NCBI GenBank assembly: GCA_032718475.1
Contig: JAUCBJ010006014.1
Location: 1 to 52,401 of the forward strand
Direction of reading: 5' to 3'
Length of the DNA stretch: 52,401 nucleotides
Source: Nemertoderma westbladi
Lineage: Eukaryota; Animalia; Xenacoelomorpha
Shown here: piece by piece, positions 38,738 to 51,029 of the stretch
Numbering within the stretch: the first letter of the stretch is position 1
How the letters are laid out: each line of letters begins with the position of its first letter
Program-made: the position numbers and the translations under genes
The notes under the pieces: generated by a model
What the model saw: only the letters and a program-made list of their open reading frames with translations
Database searches by the model: none
What the model was told of the DNA's origin: nothing

Positions 38738-39300
38738 ATTGTGTCTATTTAACATTAAATAATAAAATTTACGGGAATAAATTTAAATTCATATATTTCA
38801 ATGAATTTAATAAATTGTCATTTTGTACAATTTATAACATTCCCAAAATTCCATTAATTAATAGATCATGGGAGCGGAGATTCACTCTATTAAGTGTATT
38901 TGTGTGCGAGAATCTCCAATGTATAGTCAATAGCCGATAAAATTCATAGAATCATGTATAAAGGGGATATTGACCATTAAAGAATTACTATTAAATAGCA
39001 TCCCAGATCTGTATGCATGAGAATTACCCTAATTCTACCGCTAGCTTTCCATAATGTCACCATGGCAACAACCACGCTAGAATTAGAAGTGAGTTAAAAG
39101 AACAATAGAAAGCATGCCCCATTGAATAGCATACGGAATAAATAGCACACTGCTAGTATCCAGGGATACATAATAATAACGTGGCATTCTGGAAGGCACT
39201 TGACTAACGGACAAATGGCCCGAATGTGTACAATTTGTGACAGTTGTGTGGAATTTGTGCGTTTATAGGTGAATGTTACTACTAAAGTGTGTTTACAGTA

Positions 39301-39513
39301 GCGAGTCGCAGTTGTGAAAGTTGCCCTACCTCTGTAGCAAGAACCTGAAGTAATTCTAAGCCCTTGGGACGGACAGTGGAGTGACTCGCGCTGGTTGTTG
39401 TTGTCGTCGTGCAGCTACGACGTTGGCGATAGGCACATCGGCGAAAGTACACCAGCGCTGAGGATCTCGCACTGTCCGAGGGCAGAGAGGGGTAGGCAGC
39501 GACGCCCGCTCGC
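39301..39513 (+). ncRNA. GC-rich branched stem-loop RNA element upstream of the accessory ORF
   Basis: Nested helices GCGAG/CTCGC, GTTGCC..TACC/GGTAGGCAGC, GCCCT/AGGGC, CGGACAGTG/CACTGTCCG, GCGCTGGT/ACCAGCGC, CGTCGT/ACGACG. Confidence 0.6.
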
Positions 39514-39535
39514 CTAAATATAAACTCATTATAAT

Positions 39536-41132
39536 ATGGATAAACTTATATAGCAGATATGATTGAGTTGATAGAAGATGATCTTGGTATCAGGGAGCGA
39601 TATACTCTACCTTTACAAGCGTTTGTCGATATCTTGATACGCGGCGACGCTGGTCCAACTGCTGCGGAGGACGATGGTCGTTATATCGAACCGCCAATGT
39701 CCCAAGAGCAGCTCACGCGTGAGTTGGACTGTAGAAAATTCACCGCTCGCTATACGCATCGTAATGGTATATATATGAACTTCTTAACTACTGGTCATCC
39801 TATCGACCTACACGATACGAACGATATAGACACCAAAGGGAAATGGTTTTATTTAAATATCATACCCAGCGGAAGCGGAACGATAAACTGAGAATCGAAC
39901 ACGAAAATTCTATTCGAAACCGACTCGAAAGTGCAGATGTTGAAGAGCCGGATAAACGCAGCGACTCCACCAAATACCTGGAATTCTTGAGAGAAACCTA
40001 TCTCGATATTACCAGTCAACAGAATCTAGAAACTCGATATCCTCAAGGTATACATCATGACCGCATGGTAGGACTCAAACGGCTCTATTCCACTATGATG
40101 TATCTTACCGCCGATCGATCGCTACCTGTTGTACCGGATAGCTTCGAACGGATGGAGGAATATTGTAAGCTGGAGAAAGATCACTCACGTTTCCCCTACA
40201 AGACGTGCGTTTTTGGTATTATTGCGATGAATGCCCAAGACCCAACCAACAAACGGAAAGACATAAACATCCGCGGAGACGTTGCTTTAAACACGGTTTT
40301 ACTCGCTATACTTACGGGAGTTTCGAGCGAAACTTGTTCGATGTATCACCTACGCTCGTTCGACTCAGACGATCCTTAAATAAACCTATGATCAGAGTTT
40401 CGGAATACTCGATCAGAACTCCTCATTCCCTAGTGAGACTTCAGACTCTTGATCCTATTAGTATGACGGATCCTCCCAAGCTGTACTCACTGCTCAAAGA
40501 TCTAGTGTTACCTGAACAATTAGTCGGTGGCACCCCAGTTGTGGGCTTCCTAGATATTAGCCCATTCTACCTAACCGGATTGGGACGCGGACATTTAATA
40601 TCGCCGTTTAACCCTTACCATCGTCCCGGCTTAACACGATATAACCTGTCACCAAAGTGGCGGAGAACGTTGTACCAAACGAGTTAAACGCTATTCTACA
40701 AAGATCAGAAAGGAAACCTGCGTTTGTTCAGATAAACTTAAGTTGTAACAGCAAGTCCAAGCGATAAACGAATTGTCTTTATCTCAGTTCGATTGTGAAA
40801 TCCAGAATCTCTAAGAAGATATCTAACTTAGACAACCCCATTCTCTGCGAGAGTTTTTGGATGAACGTATCCAGCTACGAGCGGAGGAAAATCAGCTCGA
40901 GGAGAAGCATATCGAAACGGCGGATACCCCGACCATAATCCTACACCTTCTGATGCAATCATATTGCACCCTTCACCCAGGATTTATAGCCCTCCTAGTA
41001 AAGTGGCTCGCCCCAAAGAGAAAAGGACTCTTGCTAGCCTCAAAAAACTGCGTAAACGCCGTCTGTGTAAGAAAGACTAACTGTTTAGAGTATCTTTATA
41101 TTTTAGAAACTGTGATTTGTTATATTTTATAG
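39536..41132 (+). pseudogene. Frameshifted accessory ORF of unknown function between integrase and 3' LTR
   Basis: Overlapping same-strand ORFs 39559-39891, 39843-40379, 40205-40687 and 40857-41132 with protein-like composition; exact ends uncertain. Confidence 0.55.
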
Positions 41133-41158
41133 ACTTAAATCCCATTTTCTGGGAGCGG

Positions 41159-42321
41159 TGTAAAAGCTTTTGCGTAATTAGCCGGTTATTTTCCCCGTAA
41201 AGTACTCTGTAGTTGGTTTACTGGGCATAAAAAGGCCGTGTCCTTACTGTACTGGTGTTTTAGAGGACATAAAAGCCATTTCTTCTGTATTTGTACTTTA
41301 GAGGACATAATCCGCAATTTCGGGACGCAATAAGCTCGATACTCTTGAAAACAGTGTCGCTACCATGACGACGGCTAACAGCTGATATTGCCACGTCGAC
41401 ATTTCTTTGTTTCTTTGTTCTCTCGTTGTTCGGTCGACCAATCAGAGCGTTTTTTGTCTCTGTGTTGGAGGTGGATACAGAAACTCAGGAATTCAGTGTT
41501 ATGTTTTTGCCCAGAGCCTAAGAACACCGGCTTTTGGCACCTCCGTGTTTCAGTCTTTAGTCTTACATTAGTAGGCTTAATTATAGAACGTATATCTGTT
41601 ATCTAATCAAACGAGTTACCGAGTTAGTCACTCACTTAACAATCATTTATACCTTAACTTTACTGCTTTTGCTGTCGGTTATTCATTATATTTGTTGATG
41701 GAAGATTATATTTGGAATACTGATCAATAGTCCGACATCCCAATCTTCTTGATATACTAAAGGTTAGAGAGACCGGTTACAGATAAACGATTGCGACCTA
41801 TGTTAAGTGGTTTGAAGTGAATCTAATGCTATTTCATATGCCCTACATAAATTGTATGTTGCTCTCTTTATACGTGACCAAATTTAGTGAAGGTCGGCAG
41901 ATTAGTGTGCAGTATTGTGCAGCATTGGGTATGAGTGTAACTGATAACAAAGCATCTCCTAAAGAATGCGCCATATACGTAAATCTATAGCCTTTTCGTT
42001 GTGTCTAGTTTAAGTCATAACTCTGTTTATATATTTAGAGCGCCACGTCCTAAAGGAACTGTTAATATTTCCCGAAAGTGAATAATATTTGTCAGAGATT
42101 ATATATTACGATCAGTCGAATAATACGGTAGGCTTACACCATCAATCATTAAGCTCCGAACTCAGTCTCCCGGGTATATCCAACGGGTGAATGATTGCGC
42201 ATAGACTGGCTTCGGCTAATGTAGTGTATCAAATACTCGTCATAAGCTAAAGAATATATATCATCCAAAAGACATCCTAATTTGGCAGGTTAAACTGTCA
42301 AAGGTCTTAAAAGCGCAAACA
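41159..42321 (+). repeat. 3' LTR
   Basis: Near-identical to 26467-27629; preceded by PPT, followed by GTTTA TSD. Confidence 0.97.
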
Positions 42322-42344
42322 GTTTAATAAATTTGTGAGCTTAA

Positions 42345-43241
42345 CACTATTAGTACCGGGCTATAAAATGTTGTACAAATGCCAAACGACGAAAACGTCT
42401 GATTTTTTTGTTTGTACGTAGATTTCACTACTGTAGTCTGAATCCGACCAAAAAAAATTCACATTTACAGGTTTTCTGGGGCGCTGATTCTGGAATACAT
42501 TTCTAATTTGCCAGATCATTTCTACACGTATTTTTCGGCATTAAAAGGAAAATTTGGTGCTAATACCAAATTTCGTACCCATCACCAAAAAGTACAAACG
42601 TTTGAGATGTCCAGTGCTGTTTTATTGATTCAATCTGAATCAGGACCCTCATAAACCCGTATAACGCAAGAAACAAGATGATATTATCTATTGATCAATT
42701 TTTTGCTTATTTTCAAAAATTTGGTGCTGGCATAAAAAATTTCACCCACCGTCGAAAAATTGAACTATTGAATAGATTTTCAAAATTTCGTGCTGGCACC
42801 AAATTTTGCACACAACACCGAAAAATGGAAGTTTGATACTCCTGGTACAACCGTAAATACCCGTATATAATCCATTGAAACCAATACCCCAAATAACCCC
42901 TATTGCGCAAAAACAGGTTCAAACAATCAATTTACAAAATTGACATATTTCAAAATTTGGTGCTGGCACCAAAATTTGGCAACCGCCGAAAAAACATGGT
43001 TGAAATTTCTAAATTAATTTATAGGAATGCCATCTAATTGCAAATTGCATCACCAAAAAACCGGTGTAAATCAAAAATAGAGATGTTACAAATCATATTT
43101 CGTGAAATGTAATTTTCAAAAAACGTTTAAAAAAAGTGCCAAAAGTAGGGTTAAAAATGGTGATATAACTCGAAAACTTCCCAATATTTTTGACGGGGGG
43201 GGGGGGCTCATATTGACCCCCCCCCCCCGGGTTTAATAGGG
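42345..43241. mobile_element. piggyBac-like non-autonomous element with internal repeated motifs
   Basis: TTAA on both sides; imperfect TIR CACTATTAGTACCGGG / CCCGGGTTTAATAGGG; internal repeats TTTCAAAATTTGGTGCTGGCACCAAA. Confidence 0.5.
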
Positions 43242-44769
43242 TTAAGGGTATATTGTAAGTAGATAATGTTTTCATAAGTTCATACTGATCTACAGTAGGT
43301 CTGATTTTTTTAGTGATTGGGAAAACTATACTTATACTGTAGACCACTAAACCCCATAAAACCAGCCATACAAAAGATCATCACACGTTAACTTAATACG
43401 TTATTCAAACGTTAAATCACCTAATTTGTAAAATATTTTTATTCCAAAATCCCAACATTACTTTATTCATAAGTATATGGTTATTATTGTGAATCATAAC
43501 AATTAATTTTTATTGTGAATATTTTATTGCACATTCGTAGACTACTGTATGACATTGTTGCGTTAATTTTATTTTGTAGAATATATTTCTGTATTTTTGT
43601 GTAATTTTTAGAGCTAGCTCGGGCAACCATATGTGTTTAATTTTAATAACCTGGATGTTTTCTCTCCTCATGTACTTTTAATTTAATTTTTTATAAATAC
43701 ATAGAGTGATAATAATAATAATTAATTATCATCCCGATAACATTCATACATGGCCTTGCATTAATATCATAACGGTCATGTTATCGGTCCGATAAAACGT
43801 AAATCAGTAAGTATAAACGACAATTAAAGTAGAAAGCTAGGCCTGAGCAGAGGCCAGTAGCGTAGCCTACTGCAGTACAGCAGTACTGCTGTTCTGTACA
43901 GCTGTAGGGCCTACCGCACAGCCGTACCGATTACTGGTACCTGACTGCAAGTCAGCCAGTAGTGTAATACCGGTACCTCAGTGGGATTAACGTGTTTTGG
44001 GGCCTCCACATAACAGCATAATATTAATACAGTAGGCTAATGCTCTAGGCCTAACTGCCTAATCAGCTAATATAAGTAACACACGTCATAAATAAACCAA
44101 TTGAGGGAAAGGAGCAGGTTACAGAGGCAGGCTTTTCTAACCAAAACAATAAACCTGTAAACGGCCACTTTACCAATTGAGGGAAAGAAGCCGGTCACAG
44201 AACACAGTACCGGTACCGGTAGGCCTACCACCTACAGTACAGCAGTAGGCCTACAGGCTGACAGGAGGTGAAGGCCCTGACAGCCTGAAACACGTTAGTC
44301 CTTCCTCAGTCATCAGTCAGTCAGTAGGTACCTCCACAAGACATGAGAGACAGCCTCAACAGATCTGCCACAGCCAATCAAATACTCATCATATGGGCTG
44401 ATGGGTGTCTAAACTAATCTGCCAAACACTGAAACAAGAAGGACAGTTAGGCTGTTAAAAGATCGGGCATGATGATAACACAGTAACACAGAGCGAAATG
44501 AAATACAAAAAAACAAATTAAAATTAAATAAATTCATTAAATATTCATTCATTAAATGAAATTTTATTTAAAACAAAAAATTTAAATTAAAAAAAATATA
44601 AAAACTATTTAATACTAATTACTTTTTTTTTTACGAGGTGAACCAGTTGCCAGTTGTAAAAAACCATTCACCCCGCTAGCAGCTGGCTGGCTGGGGGGTA
44701 TAGATTATTTTTATTATAATATTGTTTATTTGGTCAACAACGACCGTTTTTATTTCTGTTTTATTTTGA

Positions 44770-46290
44770 AGTGTTTACGTATCAAGGTCTATTTTTGTAT
44801 TTCTATATTTTTATTATTAATTTAGTATCATTACTTAATTAATAATATTAATTATAATTAATTTTAACTATTAATAATGATGACTATTAACAAGAAAGAT
44901 TTACGAAAATATTGAAGCAAAGGCTGTATTGTTTTTAATAAATGTTTAATGTTTCAACACCAACTAAATCTACGAAAGTTGTTTACATCTGAAACTATCG
45001 CAGTATCGGGTGACAGACCGAACGTAATCAGGATCGAATGTAACATAGTTTTTACGAATCGAACGTAACCTCAATTATGTTACATTGGCTCTGTAACCTG
45101 CTCCTTTCAGCCTTTAATTAAAAGTAACCTGCATAATCTTGTAACATCTGTTAACTTTCGTTTATTGTTTTTGTTCCCCCAACACGCCTCTGTAACCTGC
45201 TCCTTTAAATTTGTAAATGGCAATGTTACATTCGAGCTTAGTAATTTGTAGATCGAATGTAACATAGTCATAGGATCCAATGTAACATAATTGCAGTTAC
45301 GTTCGATACGAAATAACTAAGTTACATTCGATCCTGATTACGTTCGGTCATGTATCCGAAACTATCCATCTTTGCTGGGACAATCACACAACTTTCATAC
45401 CCGCCATCCTTCATCCTATATCGCGTTTTTAATATATAATAAAATAACATGCCTTTGTGCATTAGATGCATACCGGTATGCCTGTACTGCTACGTCATGA
45501 TGATACTGATACGTAACAGGCAACGTGAAACGTGATCCCCTATTCAGCTATTGGCTATTTACCTAACAGACAGTTAGGTAAATATTATAGAGGTAGAATA
45601 AAACGTCTGTCCTTATCTGATCTGATCTGATGGCATCTGATCCTATAACCAATCAGAAGACAGAGATATAATATTGTAAAAAATTATAAATATATGTATT
45701 ATATATATATATATGTATTATAAAAAAAAGTTGAAGATGTTGTCTGGTAGGGTTGATTCGAAGGTGACTATCCACAAGGCAGATATTTGTAAATGTTTTG
45801 CAGCTCTCTTTTGAGTTTTTTTGATATTTTTTTTTTATATTGATTATTTCCAATTTTATTATCTATCAATAATTAATTTTTTTTAAATTACATTTCGAAG
45901 CCAATAAAATGAGTCAGGATGTAAATTTTAAATTTTTGACCAATACTTTTGAAGACACCAAGCTTGTGGGCTTTATTTTATTTATTTTTTTTATATGAAA
46001 TTTGTATTCTAGGTCCAGATGTAAACAACTTCCATATTTTATATGAAATACAATTTTCTACTTATATTTTTATTCTAGTTTCAGATGTAAACAACTTTCG
46101 TAGCTTTAGTTGTTGTTGATACATTAAATATTTATTAAAAACAATACAACCTTGCTGCAATATTTTACTAATCTTTCTTGTTAATAGTTATCATTATTAA
46201 TTGTTATACTTAATTGTATTAATTATAATTAATATTATTAAATAATGATAATGACGTATCAATATATTAAATATAAAATATTTGTTTGTT
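44770..46290. mobile_element. Foldback element with ~220 bp imperfect inverted arms and nested insertions
   Basis: ~44870-44997 is the reverse complement of ~46076-46200 (CTACGAAAGTTGTTTACATCTGAAACTA / TAGTTTCAGATGTAAACAACTTTCGTAG); outer limits approximate. Confidence 0.65.
45008..45357. mobile_element. MITE with ~85 bp TIRs and a 9 bp TSD (Mutator/Merlin-type)
   Basis: GACCGAACGTAATCAGGATCGAATGTAAC... inverted at ~45321-45349; GAAACTATC at 44991-44999 and 45358-45366. Confidence 0.75.
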
Positions 46291-46547
46291 TGTTACTCTA
46301 AAGGGAAGGGTTATCACAGTCCTGATCAATTTTGAGAATTTTGAGGCAGTCCTGCCTCAAATGTGATAGAACCGCGATGAAATGTGATTCAGATATTAAT
46401 ATTATTGAATATAATTAACTCTACCTGTTGGATTGACCTATATTGTATATTAGACTCTCTCCCCCTCCGGGAGCCGGGGATCATTCAAGCCTCTGCCGCT
46501 CTGTAACTCTGGCGGGTCTCCTTTCCAAGAAACTATCAACTATAATA

Positions 46548-47453
46548 ATGGGGTGCATCTGTTCGCGTAACATGATAGTGCTGAACGACCGCGTTTATTT
46601 CTACCAACATCGGATAGCGGAGGGAGGATTCAGCGTGGTCGACCTAGTCGAGGACAAAAAGGGCGGCCAATTGTACGCGATGAAACGCATCGTCTGCCAC
46701 GATAAGTCGGACGTTACGGCCGCATTGGAGGAAGCGAAGGTACACAAAGTCGTAGACAACCCGCACGTGATACAACTAATCGATTCCGGTGTTAGTGTGA
46801 ACTTAGTGGGACGCACTGAGGTGCTACTTGTAATGCCATTCTGTAAAAACGGAACGTTGCAGAATTTAATAGATAAAGGACGATATTCACACAAAGAAAG
46901 TATAATTCTAAAACATATGCAGGATATCTGCGAGGGGGTTAAGGCCTTGCACACAGCGGGCTACAGTCATAGAGACCTTAAACCAGGTAACTGTCTGCTT
47001 AACGACACCGGTTCTGTAGTCCTTATGGACTTGGGTTCGGTGTCTAGTAGCAATCAGACAGTGAGTACCTACAATCAGGCCCAATGCGTGCAGGATACCG
47101 CTGCGGTACAGTGCAGTATGATGTACCGCGCCCCCGAACTGTTTCAAACTAATACCGACACTGTTATTACCAATAGAACGGATATATGGTCGTTAGGGGC
47201 GTTACTATACTGTCTGATTTACGGCCGCAGTCCCTTAGAGAAGGTTTACAGTAGTGGGGGTTCCTTGGCCTTGGCGGGACAGAACGGCAGGTTTTCCTAC
47301 CCAGATAGGTCGTCTACTGGTGAGGCGTACTCGGAGGGACTGGTCTGTCTGGCTAGAGAGTGTCTGTCCCCAGACCCAGCCGACAGACCGGAGATAGAGG
47401 CCGTTCTAGAACGCATTAAATCCCTGAGTTATTCAGCTGAGAACCGCGTCTAA
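46548..47453 (+). CDS. STK16: Serine/threonine kinase 16 (MPSK1, NAK family), 301 aa, single coding exon
   Basis: MGCICS myristoylation/palmitoylation start; EGGFS, AMKRI, HRDLKPGN, MDLGS, QCSMMYRAPELF, RTDIWSLG, DRP; AATAAA at 47503-47508. Confidence 0.95.
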   Translation: MGCICSRNMIVLNDRVYFYQHRIAEGGFSVVDLVEDKKGGQLYAMKRIVCHDKSDVTAALEEAKVHKVVDNPHVIQLIDSGVSVNLVGRTEVLLVMPFCKNGTLQNLIDKGRYSHKESIILKHMQDICEGVKALHTAGYSHRDLKPGNCLLNDTGSVVLMDLGSVSSSNQTVSTYNQAQCVQDTAAVQCSMMYRAPELFQTNTDTVITNRTDIWSLGALLYCLIYGRSPLEKVYSSGGSLALAGQNGRFSYPDRSSTGEAYSEGLVCLARECLSPDPADRPEIEAVLERIKSLSYSAENRV

Positions 47454-49787
47454 CGTCCCCTTTGTTGTCATGTTTTTATGTCGATCACCGAATGTATAAA
47501 GTAATAAACTTTAATTTATTTCAGGTGAATTATTGAGGTTATCACTTATTTTTTTATATGCAGAAGAAATTTACCGTGTGGTACTGAAATATAAGCTTTT
47601 CAGCTTAAGCATTACATAGCGTTACAGATCTGAGTAAATTCCGATTATTCGATAATATTATTAATTAAATTCCTGATTCTTTTAAAGAATACAACTACTA
47701 CAATCGTACCATTTAATCATTATATACAAACGTATTACATTTTGATTTGCTTTGTTTACGGGTAATTCTTAATTACAAAGAAATTAGTGCGAATAAGAAG
47801 CATCTGTTTCGTGTTTGAGATATATATTTAGAACACGACAACTTTTGCTATTTAGCTAGTAAAATTAGGAAAATAAAATGTATTTCATGGCGCGTAATAT
47901 AGTACTTTACAAGACTACACGGTAGAGACGAGTTCTGTTGTGATCTTGTAAAGTTTATATTACGCCATGGATTAGACCTACGTGATTTATTCAACATAGA
48001 GACATTAATAAGTATTAATAAATTAATATTAAGTAAATAAATTGAAATAATTTTTAAAATAAATAAATTTTTCTTGCATATAGAAAACCAATGAGCGCTA
48101 CACTGTTATTCACTTCTGTTTCCCCAGGACGGGGTTACTATTGCTGCAATATATTGAGGCACACTTGTAATACACCGACGCAGTTACCAGAGATATTGGT
48201 TGTTAATTTTACTAAAAGTTTATATACTATGGTAACTGAACTGCTACTGGTTTGGTCTACAAAGTTACTATTTATTGTTTTTGTTTACGTTTTTATAAAT
48301 AATTTATTTCACTATTAATGTAATACATTATAATTTATAATAAATAGAGAGTTTTGTTTTTGATATAATTATAGTTATTAATTAATAAAAATAATGTATA
48401 TCATCATCCCCCCCCCCCTCCCCATACATAGTAACCAGATAGGGAGTGATGGTCTTTCGACGCAATCATAATTCATCCCTCTCCAGGAAAAATCGGCGCA
48501 AATAACAGCTGATTGGTCTCAAAAATATAACTGCAACCTTTTCTTTCTCCCGTCAATCTCCCTTTAACATATTATTACGTTCCCAGCCGCAGATATCAGA
48601 TTATTGGAAGATAGTGAATTATAATGAAATCATTGTGATTATTCCGGTTGGGAGGATAATTACAATGATCTATTACACAGTATAGCCCTACAGTAATACA
48701 CAATAGATTACAGTTCGCTAAACGGGATAATAAGGCAGCGTGATCGTACTGTACTGTAATTATAGAGCACAATTACGAGTAACATATGGCGAATAATATT
48801 ATAGATAATATTAAAGTTGTAAGTTTATCGTTTACAGTCCTGCAAATTTGGTCCAAGATGTTTGTTAACCTTTTATTAATTTTATATATAACGGCAGGTC
48901 TACGCCTAGCGGTGATGGTATTTTATTCCTAAAATTATCCCATTTCCTTAGGGCCGTTAGTTATTATTAACCGCGTATTTTTTTTTTTACATGCGCATCA
49001 TAATTCTAGGTCATTCTACTGTATATATTACACCACAGCTGTTCAATAGAAAATTGATGTAGACTTTATAGCTGTAGACAATTTACTTTTAAATTTAATT
49101 AACTTGACATTGCTGTAATATGATTGTTGCTGCACCTTTGCAAACAAATCCTGTTATTGTTAACTAGAAAAGCCAGCAAGATGGCTGTAAACGAATCTGC
49201 CTAAACTTTAACAACAAAAAGAACTAAGCCGGGATCGAACCCAGGACATTCACATTTTACCAGAACAATAAGAAGAATAACTATATTGTTTTTGAAGGTC
49301 CCTATTAGCTACAACAACTACCTAAGTCTGTCTGTAAAGAGGTTGTTTCGTTGTACATTTACTATCTACAACCAAGTTAACACTGTAAAGGTGTAGAAAC
49401 GTGTATAAACGCTGTGTGAAAATTTGTAATATTATACAAAAGTTATATATTTACTTGGATTCTATATCAATTTATATTTTAAAGCCTTTCCAAACCCAGC
49501 CTCTCGTTCCTAACTATTTATTGTGCTAAAACTCAATTATTTACCTCGGTTTGGAGGTGTACATAATATTAAACCTAAGAAACCATTACAGGTAACAACT
49601 AACGTTTTATATGTGGTTATGCATCAGCTAATGGGTATTACAATTTCGGAATAATAATATAGAGCAGATAGTTAAGTTTAAGTTTTGTAATTACATGTAC
49701 TTTATGATACTAATTAGCTAAGCTGTGGGAATAATGTAAAAGCAGTGTGAAGGATTTGAAATAATATTCCATTTAAAATTAAGTAGC

Positions 49788-50787
49788 TTTTGTTACATTA
49801 TGTCAACTTAACAGCGTTCTGGAGAATTACACGTAACGCTGCAAAGTACTACTTTGCAACGTTGCGGCTTATAGGACGGAACGCTGCAAAGTAATCCATG
49901 ACATGGGAACAACTTAAATTACCGTATTCTAGAAGTATTATTTCCATTTATGTTAATGAGTAGTGCTGCTTTATTATCCAGTTTGCGGTGACGGGACTAG
50001 CTATCTAGCTACTGTATGTAAATAATTGTTTAACGTGTACTGTAATCCATTATGGCGAAACGTCTAATAGAAGACACTAAAATGACCAAAGAAAGTGACG
50101 ACAGTGTTCAGTAAAACTTAAGTGACACAGGCGGTGACTAAGTTTGCTTCAGTCGACTAAAGTCAACATGGATTAATGATTTATTTTTATTTAAATTATC
50201 ATAATGTGAAACTTGGGGTCTATCTTCCCGGTATAGTAAATGTGAATAAAGAAGTTTTTATTTAAAATTAATGCATTTAAATTTAATAAAATAGGAAAAA
50301 TACTGATAATAAATTAATAAGTCTAATGATATTTCGACCTTACGGACCGGGAAGATAGACCCCAAGTTTCACATTATGATAATTTTGATACAATGAACTC
50401 TTCCCTGAAAGCGGTTTGTCGAGAACTTAACGATTTTAATGATTTATCACATCCATACAGGAGATAACTTCCAATAAACTTTAATTACAGTAGATTTAAA
50501 TGTATAATTAATACTGTGTACCTGTTAATAAATTTCACTTATATTCGATATAGAACATGATTAAATGTATAAATGAGCAACCATAAAATCCTTTCTTCAC
50601 ATACCGAACGCTGATAAGTTGACATAATGTAACAAAATTACATACATCATTGCTTGAAAGGTCACTTTTCAGCGTTAAAGACCCTTGTTTATTTATGTAA
50701 ACCTCCCACGGCTGCGCTCGCTCCGTACATAAATAAATAACGCTGCAAAGTGCTACTTTGCACACAATGATGTAAATAGTTATTACA
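49788..50787 (-). mobile_element. Non-autonomous interspersed element (copy 2, inverted relative to 23480-26262)
   Basis: Reverse-complement colinearity with 23480-23708 and 25802-26262. Confidence 0.75.
50184..50434. mobile_element. ~250 bp insertion with a perfect 40 bp internal inverted repeat
   Basis: Flanked by TTAATGATTTA direct repeats; absent from the sister copy; arms at 50193-50232 and 50346-50385. Confidence 0.7.
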
Positions 50788-51029
50788 TTCATATGAAAAA
50801 ATAGCTCTACCCTTAATCTAACTAAATAAACAATGTACTGTACGTCTTAATGCAAAACCGATAAATGTGTTCGACCACCTGAATCCACTATGGATGGTCC
50901 ATAATTTTTGCACCACTTTCTGGCATATTTTACACCTCTATTAATTGCACTGTGTAGATTTTAAGTAAACAATTTTATGAGAAACTGTTATTGTCTATCA
51001 ACATTTTCTATTAATTATAAGGCGATACA

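Larger units (their letters stand above)
26467..42321 (+). mobile_element. Full-length BEL/Pao LTR retrotransposon, 15,855 bp
   Basis: Two 1163 bp LTRs with TG...CA ends, GTTTA TSD (26462-26466; 42322-42326), BEL gag-pol, PPT GGGAGCGG at 41151-41158. Confidence 0.97.

Noticed and set aside
46443-46547. N-terminal extension of STK16 in the ORF track
   Set aside because: Non-ATG start; the myristoylation motif requires initiation at MGCICS (46548)
49222-49256. tRNA B-box-like GGTTCGATCCC on the minus strand
   Set aside because: No A-box or cloverleaf could be built; at most a SINE scrap
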